This document shows positions 1-27,223 of a stretch of 64,000 nt of DNA, one piece after another (positions within the stretch are counted from its first letter, which is position 1; every line of letters begins with the position of its first letter). The notes under the pieces were generated by a model. That model did no database searches. It saw nothing but the letters and a program-made list of their open reading frames with translations, and was not told the origin of the DNA. The stretch lies in NCBI GenBank assembly GCA_963693365.1, contig CAVNZM010000007.1:1287979-1351978 (forward strand). Reading direction: 5' to 3'. The stretch comes from Amoebidium appalachense (taxonomy: Eukaryota > Protista > Ichthyosporea). The translations under genes and the position numbers were made by a program.

Positions 1-22
1 AAAATTGGGGGGAGGTGTGTGT

Positions 23-84
<62 letters not shown>

Positions 85-478
85 ATTGCAGATTGAGAAA
101 TTGAAAAGAAAACGAAAGGGACGTGGATTTTCTGGAACATGCAGACGAACCTGGGCCCAAGTGGCTTTTCATAATATAGCAACTTTATCATAGAGTAATT
201 TATTGTCGATCTTCCATTTTTAAGTCACGAAGAGCCAACAAAGAAGGGTTCTGACTTTCCATGTGTTGGTTGAACAGGGGGGGGGGAGGGAGAGAAGGAG
301 GGGCAGGGGGGCGGGGGAGGGGGGAGAAGAAATGTGACCCAAAGATGTATGGTGGGTGAGGGTGCGCAGGGGAGAGGAAGGGGAGTGGGGGGAGAAAGGG
401 GGGGGGGGGGGGGGGGGGGGAAAGAAGTGGGGAGGAAGGAGAGGAGGGGGGGGGGGGGGGGGGGGGGGGGGTCCTAAC

Positions 479-819
479 CCATCATCATCATCTAATCGGA
501 TGTGCAGGAGTCGGTCACCCTCTGAGGCCTGACTGTCGATATTGGTAGCATCTGTATGCATATGGGAAGAGGGGAGCAGGGGGGGGGGGGGGGGGGGGGG
601 GGGGGGAGGGAGGGCGGGGGAGGGGGGAGTTGAAGTGAGTGGTATGGAGGGTGGGATAACATGCTTGAAGGGAAGAGGCAAAGTGGAAGGGTGAGAGTAA
701 GAGGTGGAAGGGGAGGGGGTGGGGGGGGGGGGGGGGGGGGGGGATGCATCACTGTGACACCTCACGCATGTAGACTAAGCTATCAAGCAAGTAACTGGGA
801 TTCATCCGCTCCAGCCCCA

Positions 820-860
<41 letters not shown>

Positions 861-3076
861 AGGGCGCCTTTTACAATCTTCACACACGTTCGCGCCCGCT
901 CCCACACCACCCAAACCACAACATGAGTAAAAGGAGGGGGGGGGGGGGGGGGGGGGGAAGATATAAGAAAGAAAAATAAACAAATAAACTAATTCAAGAA
1001 AACAATTATATCATGGACAGTGTCCAGGCTCCTCCAAAATGTACGCAAATCAAACCCGATCTTCTTAACCTTTTATGATCTCCCCCGTCCCACCCCCCAC
1101 CCCACCCCACCCCCCCACCCACATCTTCCACATCTCATCCTTTTCCCCGCCACCTACGCACCTGCATCAACCCACCCATCCCCATCTTTTACCCTCCCCC
1201 TTCCCATCCCCTTTCAAACTACCCTCCCCCCTCCTCCCTGCTCGCTCCCCCTGCTCTCCCACCTTCCCCAATCTTCCCCTTCCCCTTAGATCTCCACCTA
1301 GAAACCTCCCCCTTTCGAGGCATCCCCCCCTCCCCCCTCCCTCCCCATCGTTCCATAACACACACAGACACGCACACTCCATATCAGTACAACACCAGCC
1401 ACAACCACATGAAGACCAGCAAGGGGACGGGAGAAAGGTGAATAAGTCTAGGGGGGGGGGGGGGGGGGGAGCATTGGAGGGAGCAGGGGCCGATCTTGGA
1501 CAGAGGAAGCAAGAATGTGGGGCAGGGGTGGAAAAAAGAACGGAGCTCGGGGAGGCCGGGGGAAGGGGGAGGGGCAGAGGGACAGAGAAGACAGAAGACA
1601 AGATGGGTGTGGAGGGGGGGGTGGGGGAGGGGGGGGGGGGGGGGGGGCTCTTCACCTTTGGTAGGTCGTGTCAAGTACGTGTATCCATCGTCTTCCCCCC
1701 CACTCCCCACTTCTTCCATGTCATCATCACTGTCTGCCTCCATCCTCCGTTTCCCCGCCATGGGACCAATGTCATCAACATCGCCTTCACTCTCGCCCAC
1801 CTCATGTTTTCGTCCACTCTCGGGCTGCTTCTGTGGTGATACTTCTTCCATATCGTCGTCACTGGGGCATACACAGCCTGTTAGGGCTTTTATACACTGC
1901 TTAACTCATTTCCATCACACACCCTTCCCCCTCCCTCCCCCCCAAAACCCAGCCCCCTATTCCCCCCTCACATGCCCCCCTCCCCCCCCTCCCCCCACAC
2001 ACACACCCACACACCACCCCACCCAGCCCCACCCCACTCTACCCTCTCCGCTCTCGCTTCCCCCTTTCCCCCTCTTCCTTCCCCACCTTTCCCCACCGCC
2101 CCACAACTTATTCAAAATTCTTTTCAAACTAATACACTTGAGGCGCTGTACCTTACTGTCCTTCAGTATTTTTGCTACCAATTACACCTGCCTTTCCCAC
2201 CACCACTACCACCGCCTTCCCACACCCACTGACCCCTTTACCCCTTCCCTCTCCCCTCCTCCACCCCCCTCCCCTGCCCCCCCCCCTCCCCCCTCCCGCC
2301 CTTCTCCCTCCTCCTCCGCCTCCTCCTATTGCTCCAGCCACATCGTTTCCATTTTGCTGGCCTTTTGAAAAACTCAGGGACATGGAAATGAAAGAGGGGC
2401 GGACATCAGAGACTGAGTTGCAAAGAGCTACATAAAAACATCGAGGTTTATTGTGGCCCACCCAGCGGCAATCAGCCTGTGTGCGAAAACACAAATGAAG
2501 CACGCAAGCACAAACCCTGAAAGAAAATCAGGCAAACCCATTCGCCAGCACTCCTGGGTATTTATGTTCGTCCCGGTATCGATTGTAAGATAGAACGGGG
2601 GGAGGGGGGAGGAAGGGGAGAGGGGGTGGGTGGGTGAGTGTGTTTGTGTGTGGGGGGTTGCAGGAGTGCACAGGGAGGGGAGGGGAGGCGGGGGGAAGGG
2701 GAGACGGAGGGGGGAAGGGGGGGGGGGGGAGGGGGGGGGGGCACAAGAGAGATGAGAAGAGCTAGTGGTTGTGGTGAGTGTGTGTTTGTGTATGTGTATG
2801 TGTCTTGGGTGGTGTTAAGCGGAGAGAGGGGGGGGGGGGGGATAGGGAAGTGTGTGCGGACGGGGCCAAGGGGGCCCAGGGACACGGGGGAGGGGGGGGG
2901 GGGGGGGAGAGAAGGGGGAGGGGGGAGGGGGGTGATTGAACTCACTATTCCACCACCTGGGAACGCATGGCAGCTTCCATGGTGCTATCATTGTTGAGTT
3001 CTTCAAAGAGCACTTTGACTTTCTTCCTTTTTGGTTTGAGAGAAAGAGACTTATCATCTTTGCGCTTAGGCCCCAT
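479..3076 (-). pseudogene. Decayed multi-exon gene, unknown product (basic NLS-like N-terminus, acidic middle)
   Basis: ATG 3076, MGPKRKDDKSLSLKPKRKKVK...QVVE, GTGAGT donor at 2945. Candidate exons: 2582-2538 (acceptor reads AA, not AG), 2476 onward (in-frame TAG/TGA), 1877-1656 (acidic SDDDMEEV twice) and 551-479 (DATNIDSQASEGD). The last two are AG/GT-bounded and phase-compatible. Confidence 0.4.
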
Positions 3077-3309
3077 GTTTACATCAGAAGTGAAAGCAGC
3101 CACACCATGTGTTCGCGAAACAAGTGTTTGTAAATGCAACTTATAAGAATGCCTTGCTTATTTAATGCCCTGCAAGCTAATATCTCAGTACTGAAGTATC
3201 TACGACCATCTGCTTTCAGTCTGCTTACTTATCTATCTTTTCTATGTGTACCACCTTGTAGTTTGTCTCTCTCCTACAATAGTGTCAAGTTGACTCCTTT
3301 GCGCGCCAT

Positions 3310-3432
3310 TTTCGCGCCAAAATTGCGATATGGCTATTAATCGTCATAACGGATTGGATGAAAATATAGGTAGCCAATCATATGTGACCGGCTCACAGTT
3401 TGCCACATTTGATTGGAAGTGAATGCCCCAAT
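3310..3432. promoter_or_regulatory. Putative bidirectional promoter: overlapping E2F-type site plus four CCAAT boxes
   Basis: TTTCGCGCCAAA at 3310-3321; ATTGG/CCAAT at 3353, 3374, 3412 and 3428; lies between divergent ATGs at 3076 and 3586. Confidence 0.5.
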
Positions 3433-3585
3433 CACCGCCTTGCAACTGAGGAACATATGTCACATCCAGCCACAAAACCAAGCCGAGCTCATTAACTCAA
3501 GAGTTTTTTCCATGTTTTTTCCCTAACATTTTGAGGGCATCATCTCGTTAAGAAGGTGTTGGTAATTTTACTTTCTAGCGTAAAG

Positions 3586-6459
<2,874 letters not shown>

Positions 6460-7029
6460 CTGATGTAGATTTGTTAAGGTGTGCATAGGGTTACGGTAAT
6501 GCTAAGCTGTAGAAAATGATATAACTCGTGTATATAGTTGTACACATGCGACCATTTACATGTTAAAATCGAAATAGAAGCAGGAATATGCATGGTATAT
6601 GATTAACATGTTAATGCATGGTAACCTGCTAAATGCATGATGTGTGATAACTTGGGCTGTGCTTTCTTCTTGTGCTTTTTTTTTTTTCCTGCCCTGCTCT
6701 TATGCGTGTGATAATGCTGTAGGCAGAGGCCATATGCTGGCCAGATGGCAACTAAATAAATTTCGTGTGCGATGCTATAAAACATGCCAATGAGTATGTG
6801 CACATTGACTTGTGCGTGCCACCCTCATGTGACATTGTCTGGGATTGGTACTGCAGGTCCACGCTCCCAAATTGTGCAGACGCAGCAGCCTACATACACG
6901 CTTGCAACATGTGACATTGACTTTGTATCTTCGTGTGTATACGTATCTGTGATAATACTTAAAGTGCATGACGCTGCCAGATCGTGGATTTCAAAACGAA
7001 TGGGTTTTTAAAGTTGTGCACATCATGAT

Positions 7030-15620
<8,591 letters not shown>

Positions 15621-15901
15621 GTAAGGAGTGGGTGGGGTGGGGTGAGTATCGTCTGCGAGTATGTTACAATGACTTGAATATTGAAGCAAAACCAGTGCTC
15701 CCATGAAAGTTTACAACAGAACAGAACAGAACAGAAGATGGCTTGCAATTGATTCATTACTGGGCTACGGCGGATGGAGGGAGGGGGGGAGGGGGAGGGG
15801 GGGGAGGGGGGGGGGGGGGGGGGGGGGGGAATATTGGCGTACAGAGGAAATTTTCGGCATTGCAGCAATCCAGAAAGACGACAATCAAGGTTCTGTTAAT
15901 A

Positions 15902-15936
<35 letters not shown>

Positions 15937-16107
15937 CGCCCCTTGTGCGCGGCCCCCCTTCTTCCACCACTACCGCCGGTACTATTTGAAAAATCAGTCA
16001 AATAGGTTTTTATTTTTGAGCCTTGAACGGTTTTCGTGCTCTCTATTGGTAACATCAACAACAGAGTACGAGACCATCACAGATAGAGCTATGCAGTGGG
16101 GAGAAAC

Positions 16108-16140
<33 letters not shown>

Positions 16141-16416
16141 GGAAGGATATTTCAGTCGTGGCAGTAGGAAATGGGGCGGACGTGCGGAACCTGAGCAAAC
16201 TACTGCTACAAAAAAGCAGCACTTTTCATTCAACTTGGCTCGTCGCCCACCCTCCAGTTATTCAACCGATTGCCGGACATGTCCCCAAAGATCAGCAATC
16301 GATTGTGGGTCCAACTTCAGTAAAGAATTATACAATGGCATTGAGATGTTCCAATGGAAATTCAATGATATGTGGTCAATTCTGGTCAGACCTCGATTTA
16401 TTTTGTGAGCATGCAG

Positions 16417-16450
<34 letters not shown>

Positions 16451-16699
16451 ACCCACCCACCCACCCACCCACCCACCCACCCACCCCACCCCTCGGTGCC
16501 TGGCATGTCCCCCCCCCCCCCCCCTCCCCTCCCCTTTCCCCCCAAGTCCTCCTCCTCAAACCCTCGCCCACCTAGGCACACGCCTTTACCCAGTGAGTAT
16601 TTTGTTTTAGATTCATGGCATCGGTTTCTTCTCACTGACTCCGACTCGCTGACTCACTGACTCACTGACTCCATGTGAACCATATACTCCAAGTCCTTT

Positions 16700-17185
16700 T
16701 TGATTTAAGAAATGTGTGAACTTTGCAAAACACCGTTTTGTTTTATATGGTGACCGTGGCAGGTCGATAAATTGAAACTGTGCTTGCGCACTGAGAAAGT
16801 CAACAAGAGAAAACCAGCTTCCTTTAGTGAAGGGATTTCTTTATTCGGTTTGCCTTGGTTTCCGGGTGGGGTGAGGGTGGGGGTGGGGGTGGGGAGGGGG
16901 GGGGGGGGGGGGGAGGGATGGGGCGGAGAGGGGGGGGGGGGGGAGAGGGATGGGGCGGAGGGGGGGGGGGGGGGCTGGGAGAGGGTGCAAAGCACCACCA
17001 CCACCATACACAGCCACGTAACCCCCAGCTGCATTTTTGTTTTCTGCCTTGTGCATGGCAGCACTCGCAGTGACTGCAGCTTTTTATTTGCTTCCTGGTT
17101 CTGCCCTGTAACAGTTGGAGTTGGGCCCGTGCTGTTTAACAATGGTACGATATGCTTCGTCTAGGAACCTATAAAATGCCTGATA
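16700..17185 (-). repeat. Inverted, diverged copy of array segment ~8440-8990
   Basis: Reverse complement contains AACTGTTACA...CAGGAAGCAAA...GGCAGAAAACAA...GCTGGGG-TTACGTG...GGTGGTGGTGGTGCTT...AGTGCGCAA...CACGGTCACCATA in the same order as 8440-8990. Confidence 0.8.
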
Positions 17186-17440
17186 GGGCAAGGAAGGGAA
17201 GCGATTGGCTGTCCATTGGCATCACTGTGCTGCCAACCAAACCCATTTCAGATGGTTTGGTTTCTCCTTTAGTTATGCAACATGGAAAAATTTGAATATG
17301 ACTAATCTGGTTGGTTTCTGTGGTTTCCCTATGCCTCTGATCAGAGTCCAAGTGCATGTCTTGTTTTGTCCCAGCCACCATACCTACGAAACCATCTCAG
17401 TGTCGTAAACCAGTTTGAGAGGTATGCCCATGGCACCCTT

Positions 17441-17512
17441 GAGGGGTCGCCCGGAACCGATAAATATATATAAATATATATATATATATATACTGGTTGC
17501 GGGCGACCCCTC
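17441..17512. repeat. GC-rich 18-bp inverted repeat with a (TA)n loop
   Basis: GAGGGGTCGCCCGGAACC ... GGTTGCGGGCGACCCCTC (17 of 18 positions paired) around ~35 nt of mostly TA repeat. Confidence 0.85.
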
Positions 17513-17840
17513 CTTGCACGTGCACCGTGTATAGGTGCGCATAAACGTGTGTGTTGCTTGTCAAAACCACTGTAGTTTTTAATAATCGCGGAGTCTCCTC
17601 CTCCCCTTATCCCCTGTTCCCCCCTGGAAAACATGATTCGGAAAAAAATTGCATGCACTATGGGGTATGTAGCAAGACACAAAATCGATTTGCACGACCA
17701 TTTACTGCGGTTTAACCGTTTTAGTGAGCTGCTATTGGTTAACGCCATAGAGTGGTGCTGTTTCAACCAATCGCTACAAATCACGCATTCCAATTCCAAA
17801 AAACAAAACAAAAAAACATTACCTTTGAAAACAACACTTG

Positions 17841-18040
17841 GACTTCACTTTCACTTCGATCTCTTAGCTGTCATGTCAACTTTTTTTCCCCATTCTTCAC
17901 CATGGCAGGTATATAAAGGCTTTCGTTTCTTCTTTTTGTCGACTTCACTTTCACTTCGATCTCTTAGCTGTCACGTCAACTTTTTTTTCCCGAATCTTCA
18001 CCATGGCAGGTATATAAAGGCTTTCGTTTCTTCTTTTTGT
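17841..18040. repeat. 100-bp tandem duplication, each copy containing TATATAAA
   Basis: GACTTCACTTTCACTTCGATCTC...GGTATATAAAGGCTTTCG... starts at 17841 and 17941, near identical. Confidence 0.9.
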
Positions 18041-19017
18041 GGTGGGAGGGAGTCCCACTCAGGGGAACGTGACTGCAGCGTGTGTGTGGTGTGGCCTGGT
18101 GTATTCCTACTGCTGTGAGAGTGTGGGGGCATCTCCCTTTCGCGGAATTTCTTGCTTGAGAAGTGGTTTCTTCAACGCCTGGTGGTCCACTGCAACCTAT
18201 GGTAATCTCTACACGCTGTCTACGCTCCTACGCGACCTATTGGCGGTGGGCTGCTGCAACTTCTTCGGCTACTTCTGCGCTGCGTGAGTGGAGGGGCGGC
18301 TACTTGGTCGTCGGGGCGCTTTCCAAGTGACTGCCAGTCCTTAGTCTCCAGTCGTATGGCAAGGACCGGGTTTGCTTGCATGCATTCTGTAATTGTATTT
18401 TTCTGTGTGTCCTGCCACAACTAGGCCACCTTATCAGAGAGCTAGATGCAGTTTCTCCGGGTTATCTAGGGGCCGGGCCCGTTGGGATTGTTTTTTAGCT
18501 CAGATTTGGTCTGCATTGCTCTTTTAGAGGCTGACTTGCTTGCTGTGCCTCGGTAGGTTTTGAGGGAGGCCTGTTGGGAAGGAGCAGTAATGATGTCTTC
18601 TGGCGGAGTGTGGTCTGGTCAACATCGATGCATATGACTAGTTGGAGCAATCTAGTTTCACGCATACACGTACACTTAAGGTTTTGCCCGCTGGTGTCCT
18701 TTGTCACTTGTCGCTTTATTTTTATTTCGTAGCTTTGGCTTTTTCAGTTCTATTGGTGGTTATGTAGCCTGTGGCTGCACGTTGCCTTCATCAACGGATC
18801 AATAAACCCGAGTCAAAAGAAAAACAACACACAACTCTCGGCGAAAAAAATACTGAAATGCTAAGGAAAAGCAGGAAAGAGAAGATCCACTAAGCCACTT
18901 TTCTGGGGGGCGGAAGAAAAAAGCACGAGCCACGGTGAATCCCTGAGGCGTGGCACGCGCAGCAGCCGACGACGGCGGCAAGCTCCACAACGGGGACAAG
19001 GGACGAAGTGCTCTTTC

Positions 19018-20687
19018 TTAAGAGCGCTTGGACCACATGGCGCGTGCAAATGAGCTAACATTTCAATGAGACATGTGGGAAAACAGAAACAGGAAATAAT
19101 GAGGTTTCAACAGCGAAGCGAAAACTCAGAAACTGGAACGGGCCACATATACGTATACACACTGTGTGGCGAGTGTGCTCAACCATATGCATGATGCGTG
19201 CGTCCTGCATGCGCTGCGATGTGAATCGTGATAGGTATTGTGATATCACGAAAGTTCCCGCCAAAAAAAAACTCCGTTAAAAGATTTTGATTGGCTCATA
19301 TGTTTTTGATTTTAACTAATCAGGTAGCTCTGCAAGAGTAGTATGCAAATTGATTTTGTGTCTTGCTACCCCATCGCACCAACAAAATTTCTTCTTTTGT
19401 TGCCCTGCGTGCACATGCACCTGTTGACATCGAAAAAACTGTTACGAAACGGTGCCTACCTTTTCTCCATCTTGGCAAAACCAACTTTATTAGCTAGGTC
19501 CAACATTCACATCCGAAACCAAAGAAAGCAGTGGAGTTAAAGTCTTTTTTGTGTCAGGATCGGAGGAAAAGGGAGGAGAGCCGGGAGGGGGGGGGGGGGG
19601 GGGGGGGGGGAAGGGATTGGCAGGGAGGTAGTACAAGTTGTGAATCGCAGAATAAAACACAGTCGTGACACTCGAAAAGCATTCAACGACATCCAAGTAC
19701 AAAAAAGGCATCACTAGAAAACAATTTAGCCTAAAACCGATAGAGAAATGAATGTGTGCATGTCTGCGTGCGTGTAAGGCAAATGTGAGTTAAGTAACTA
19801 TATCACTCCACCTGTCAATCTGTATGAGAAAAGTGCATGTTTTGCTTAGTTAGTTCAATGTTGCAGATATTTCGCTCGTGAGAGCAGGGATAGCCTGGGT
19901 GGGTGTGGCTGACTCCACCTGGCACTCAAGCAACAAGTTCACTTTGAAAATGTGCCATTGTAGCGGCGATTAGCGGGACAGGGATATGTTATAACCCCCC
20001 CCCCCCCCCCCCCCAACCATGCTAAGCATTCCCTACCCGGAAGAATACTCTCGGTTAACTTTTTTTCCCCCACAGAGTCACGTGCTCACAAAAGTAACCA
20101 CGGCTGCCCACCACCTAGTGCTTCCCCAACCTCCCCTCCCACTGTCCTGGGTAGGATTTTTTCCAAGTGCATTAGTAGTTATTTTTTCCTATAAACCGGG
20201 AATCATTGCGCATGTGCGGGTTTTTTCTATTTGGATCTATTTTCCCGGCAAAAACAGCGCTTGCAAAGCGAGAGGAACAAAGAACTTATCATTGCTCAGC
20301 TTTCCGGCAGAAGCAAAACGTAAAGGGGGCAAAATATCTCAACTCAGTGCGGCTCTGAAAATACCAGAATACTTGACAATTGTTATCGATGGAACAAAAA
20401 GTCTCAACAGAACACCATGGCAAATACATAGAGGCACAGCACTCACCGCTCTCGCCAACTACGCTGTCGATCAGCATCAAAAGCGAATCCAGCTGCTCCG
20501 GCTGCAACTCAACCATCTGATGTGAAGCAGACTGGTCTCTATGCTTCAAAATTTCCCTTGCTGCTTTCAGCTTCTCACCAAAAACCATACCTTTGTGTCG
20601 GGGAAGGTCATCACTAAAACGCACTCGCTTAGATGTATTACCGGCACGCTTCACCTCCTTTTTGCTCCCGTTGACAAGGATTCCCAT
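19018..20687 (-). CDS. Small hypothetical protein (~103 aa) with KRVRF (RVxF) motif
   Basis: Exon 20687-20447 (MGILVNGSKKEVK...SKRVRFSDDL...; GTGAGT donor). Phase-compatible candidate exons 19493-19460 and 19054-19018. The 3' structure is uncertain. Confidence 0.45.
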
Positions 20688-22547
20688 CTCCGAAGGTCGC
20701 GTAGTAACTATTACTAAGGTCAGCTTCTGTGGTTGCCACACACAAACCCCGTCAGAAATGACCACCCCTCTCCTCGAAACTTTAAGGCTGTGTTCAGAAC
20801 CCGGCTGGCAAAGGGATGATTTTTATGTTAGTTAGAGAACAGAGCGTGCACATGCCCCTTATTCTATTACGCCCGGAAACAAATAAGGAGTTATGTAATC
20901 TATTCGTGTAAGCCTTTGGCATGTCTTTTCAACACCCCGTAGCTGCGGAAAACTATGTGGCTGCACACGCACGGTGAAGGGAAAAAGTGCCCGAACAGCC
21001 GGCTAGTTGTGTTTCAAAAATGCAGATCACGGCTCGTAGTCGTAGCTATGAGTGACGGAGCTGCCAGCCTCACGGAGTCTTGGGGGATGGATCAAAAGTT
21101 TTTAAAATTATAACTTGCCAAAATTTGTTATGGGATTCATCATTCAGCTTGCTGCAAAATTCGTCACGGCAAAAGTATGTAAGACTGAGATTGAATCACT
21201 GAATTTAAACTCCATTCCTTTTTGTTTTTGATTCCCAGGCTGCATGTATGATGTCTATATATTTTATGAACTGTAACGTCATTGGTGCAAGGCACAGGCC
21301 GCATTCGAATTCGAACATTCAAAGTCAACATTCTCTATCTAGGGGCCAAAATCCAGGAATTATCCTCCTAGGTGAACCTGACGGGGTGCCTGACTCATGA
21401 ATAGTGCGCAAGAAAAATGTTTTTGGGCTTTTAAACCCCTCAAAAAATTATATATCTGTTGGTTCATTCGATAAAAAACAGAAATGTAGGGCTAGAAAGT
21501 TAGCAACCAAGTTGAACTAATTCCAACCATTTTGTTTGCTTTGCAAACCGGAAAGAATTTCAGATGACTTATGAGCCCCATCAAGTTCTAATGATCAAGA
21601 CCTGATTTATTATCCAATTGATAAGTGGTTGCCGGCTACACCCAAAACTCCTTGACCGTAGACAACACAATGAAGTCGCCAAGCTTTTCCCCATTCTTTT
21701 GTACATTGGATTCGAAGACTTCGAAGTTATTAGACCGCCATTAATTTAATATTATGAATAGCGCAGTAGAGATATACCATACATCACATTCAATATAAAT
21801 CAAATACATTACTACTTTTCCCTTTTTGCAATATTGAGCTCAATTGATTTGTTGTGGAATTGGTACACTGAACGTTAACCTTGGCTGGAAGGTTCAACCG
21901 GCTGCATCGCCAAGCATTTTCAATTTGCAGTTTGTTATATGTAACAAATAAAACATTTCAATGTACAACTTTAGCTGGTACTTTTCCTGACCAGGCTCAT
22001 TCACGTGTGCATATAATAACTGAATCTTCCGAAGTCTTCATTCCGAGTTTGAAAATAGGATTTCAAATTCCTGGAGGTGTACGGTCAGCACAGGTAGTTA
22101 GGGGGATGTGTGTGAGTCAACAATACATCCAATCAAACCAGGTTTGGGTATCTGAACCAATGACCCGAAGCGTAGGAATGAGTGGAGCTCTATTTGATTG
22201 GTCATTCGTTGAACCATGTCGAGTATATAACTGCGGCTCATTTCAAAATGGAGCTCAGATTGACAATTGGCCGCGAAAGAACCAGATCTAGGCAGCCGAG
22301 GCTACCAGACGCTTCTGTGCTGTCCGAAAACAGCGATCGCGTTTCGCTTCAAACGAAAACGAAGAAACGATATAAGGCCAGTTTTGAAACTGCACCATTG
22401 TTCTGCTTTTTCTTGTGGGCTCAAAAGAGAGAAACTGAGTTAGGCTGACTATGTTTTAATCCGTCTGAAAAGATCTTTGCTCAGTTTTCTAGATCTTCAA
22501 GGTCAATAACGATTTGCACGTCGATCCAGCAAAGCATGCAAGTGATC

Positions 22548-25252
<2,705 letters not shown>

Positions 25253-25354
25253 GTGTGCAAGTAACTCAGTTGTGTTATTTGGGTGTAAGATCAAATATAT
25301 GGACGCAAGATTTTTGTAATGTATGAATGCAGAAAAGATTTGTCGTCGGTATGA

Positions 25355-25738
25355 GGGTCTTTTTTTTCGTTTTTTTCTTCTTCTCTTTTCATATTCTTGT
25401 ATAATAGTCTTGTTGAAGGGAACAAACACAGTTTAAGCGTTTTGTCAATCGAAACCCGGTGCTTTGTGGTTTTTGAGCAAGCCTTTTTTTGTGGGTCTTT
25501 TGTAGTTTAAAGCTCTATAACTGTTCTTTATTTTTGGTTATCTATATGGGTATTTTTTCTCGTTTTTTTCTTCTTCTTTTTTCATATTCTTGTATAATGG
25601 TCTTGTTGAAGGGAACAAACACATTTTAAGCGTTTTGTCAATCGAAACCCGGTGGTTTGTGGTTTTTGAGCAAGCCTTTCCGTGTGGGTCTTTTGTAGTT
25701 TAAACCTCTATAACTTTTTCTTTATTTTTTTGGTTATC
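25355..25738. repeat. ~193-bp tandem duplication downstream of the FAD synthase stop
   Basis: CATATTCTTGTATAAT...GAAGGGAACAAACAC...GTCAATCGAAACCCGGTG...GAGCAAGCC occurs twice. Confidence 0.9.
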
Positions 25739-26594
25739 ATTGTAATTTTTTTGGGCTTCATCAGAGTTTTTACCCGCACCTGTGGTGCAAGAATATCGGT
25801 AGTTTTTTGCAGTCTTGTTTACATTAAACGGCGAAATCTAGTATTTTAGACATTTAACTACGGCATTTTGCCACAATGTAGTGGTCTGAGGGGTTGTTTA
25901 CATAGTCGTCCTTTTCTTTTATTTAAAAAATATCGCTGAGAATCATGCAGCTTTGGATGCAACTGATGCATACTATGATAGGTAGCTTGCAGGCATAACC
26001 GATCAGTTTAGAAAGCGAACTGATTGCAGAGACCCAAGTGCGCAGGTATGAGCGCGCATATTGTGACTGTCTTTTTCGAGAAAATAAAGCTGGTCGGTTG
26101 AACTTTAGCCACGGCTTGTTTCACTTGTTGAATACTATACCGGTCTTGGAACACACACAGACACACACAAAGACTTTGCGTGTGTATGTTCTCCATTCGC
26201 TGTGCTTGGCATATTCGTACATGTGTGTACATCTGTGTTAATGGAGATATTATTAGTATGTTTTTTTTTTTTTGTTTGTTTTTTTTTGCTTAAAAAGTGT
26301 AAGCTAGTGGCTTGGTGTGTATGGCCTCTAAGTAACGGGGTACCCTTCTCCTCTGCCCGTTCATTCAAACATAATGCATGATTTTTTGATAATTTCATTG
26401 GTTCTTTAAAGGTTTTTAAAGGACTGAATGGATCATGGCTGTACAAGCCATTGAATAGTGTGCATAGGGGCTACAAAAGAGCGCCAGTTCGAACATGCGG
26501 TACCGAGGCTCATGCACACGCAGGGACACACGCACACTCATGCACACGTACCTCCCGGAGCGGGTGCACACATGTGCACGCACACATGCACACG

Positions 26595-26649
<55 letters not shown>

Positions 26650-27223
26650 CTCCTTCCCACCCCCCCATCCCCAAAAATAAAACGAGAATCAGCGGTAAGT
26701 GATCTCCCCCCCCCCCCCCCCCCCCCCCTCTCCCCTCCCGAGGCTCCTCCTCCTACACAAGGTTAATTCGAATCAGATGTCCGTTGCCTCAACGCGGGCA
26801 CACAGTGTGCAGAAAAACCTTTTTTTCGCGCTCTTCTAGGTTTTCTTCCACCCACTGGGCACACTCTGCATTCTTTGAATTTGTTTTCGGATGATTTGTT
26901 GTATTGTTCTCGCTGTGCGACTTTCATTACATAGCTTGAACGTAGAATACACGTATATGCTTGTGCATAGTTTTTTTTTTCGCCCAAAACCGTCACATTC
27001 TCATTCCGAATCACTGCGTCCTCCACAGAAACATGTTGAAGTAGTACATTTCTGGCAAAAACCTCTGCACACAATACAAGTAACCCATGATATCTAACAA
27101 CTTCCTATACTTCAGCAAGGCTTTGCTCCACATACTATGTAATATATACTACACAGGTAGGAAAGGACATGGGTGGAAAAAACCCAAACTTTTTCAGAGT
27201 GCTACTATCAACCGCTAACAAAC

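Noticed and set aside
2330-2476. In-frame TAG/TGA as evidence of an alternative genetic code
   Set aside because: Confident genes here end in TAA, TAG and TGA and have no internal stops, so decay is the simpler explanation.
18039-18800. GC-balanced unique block with short ORFs downstream of the duplicated TATA
   Set aside because: No recognisable motif, RNA gene or consistent splice chain.
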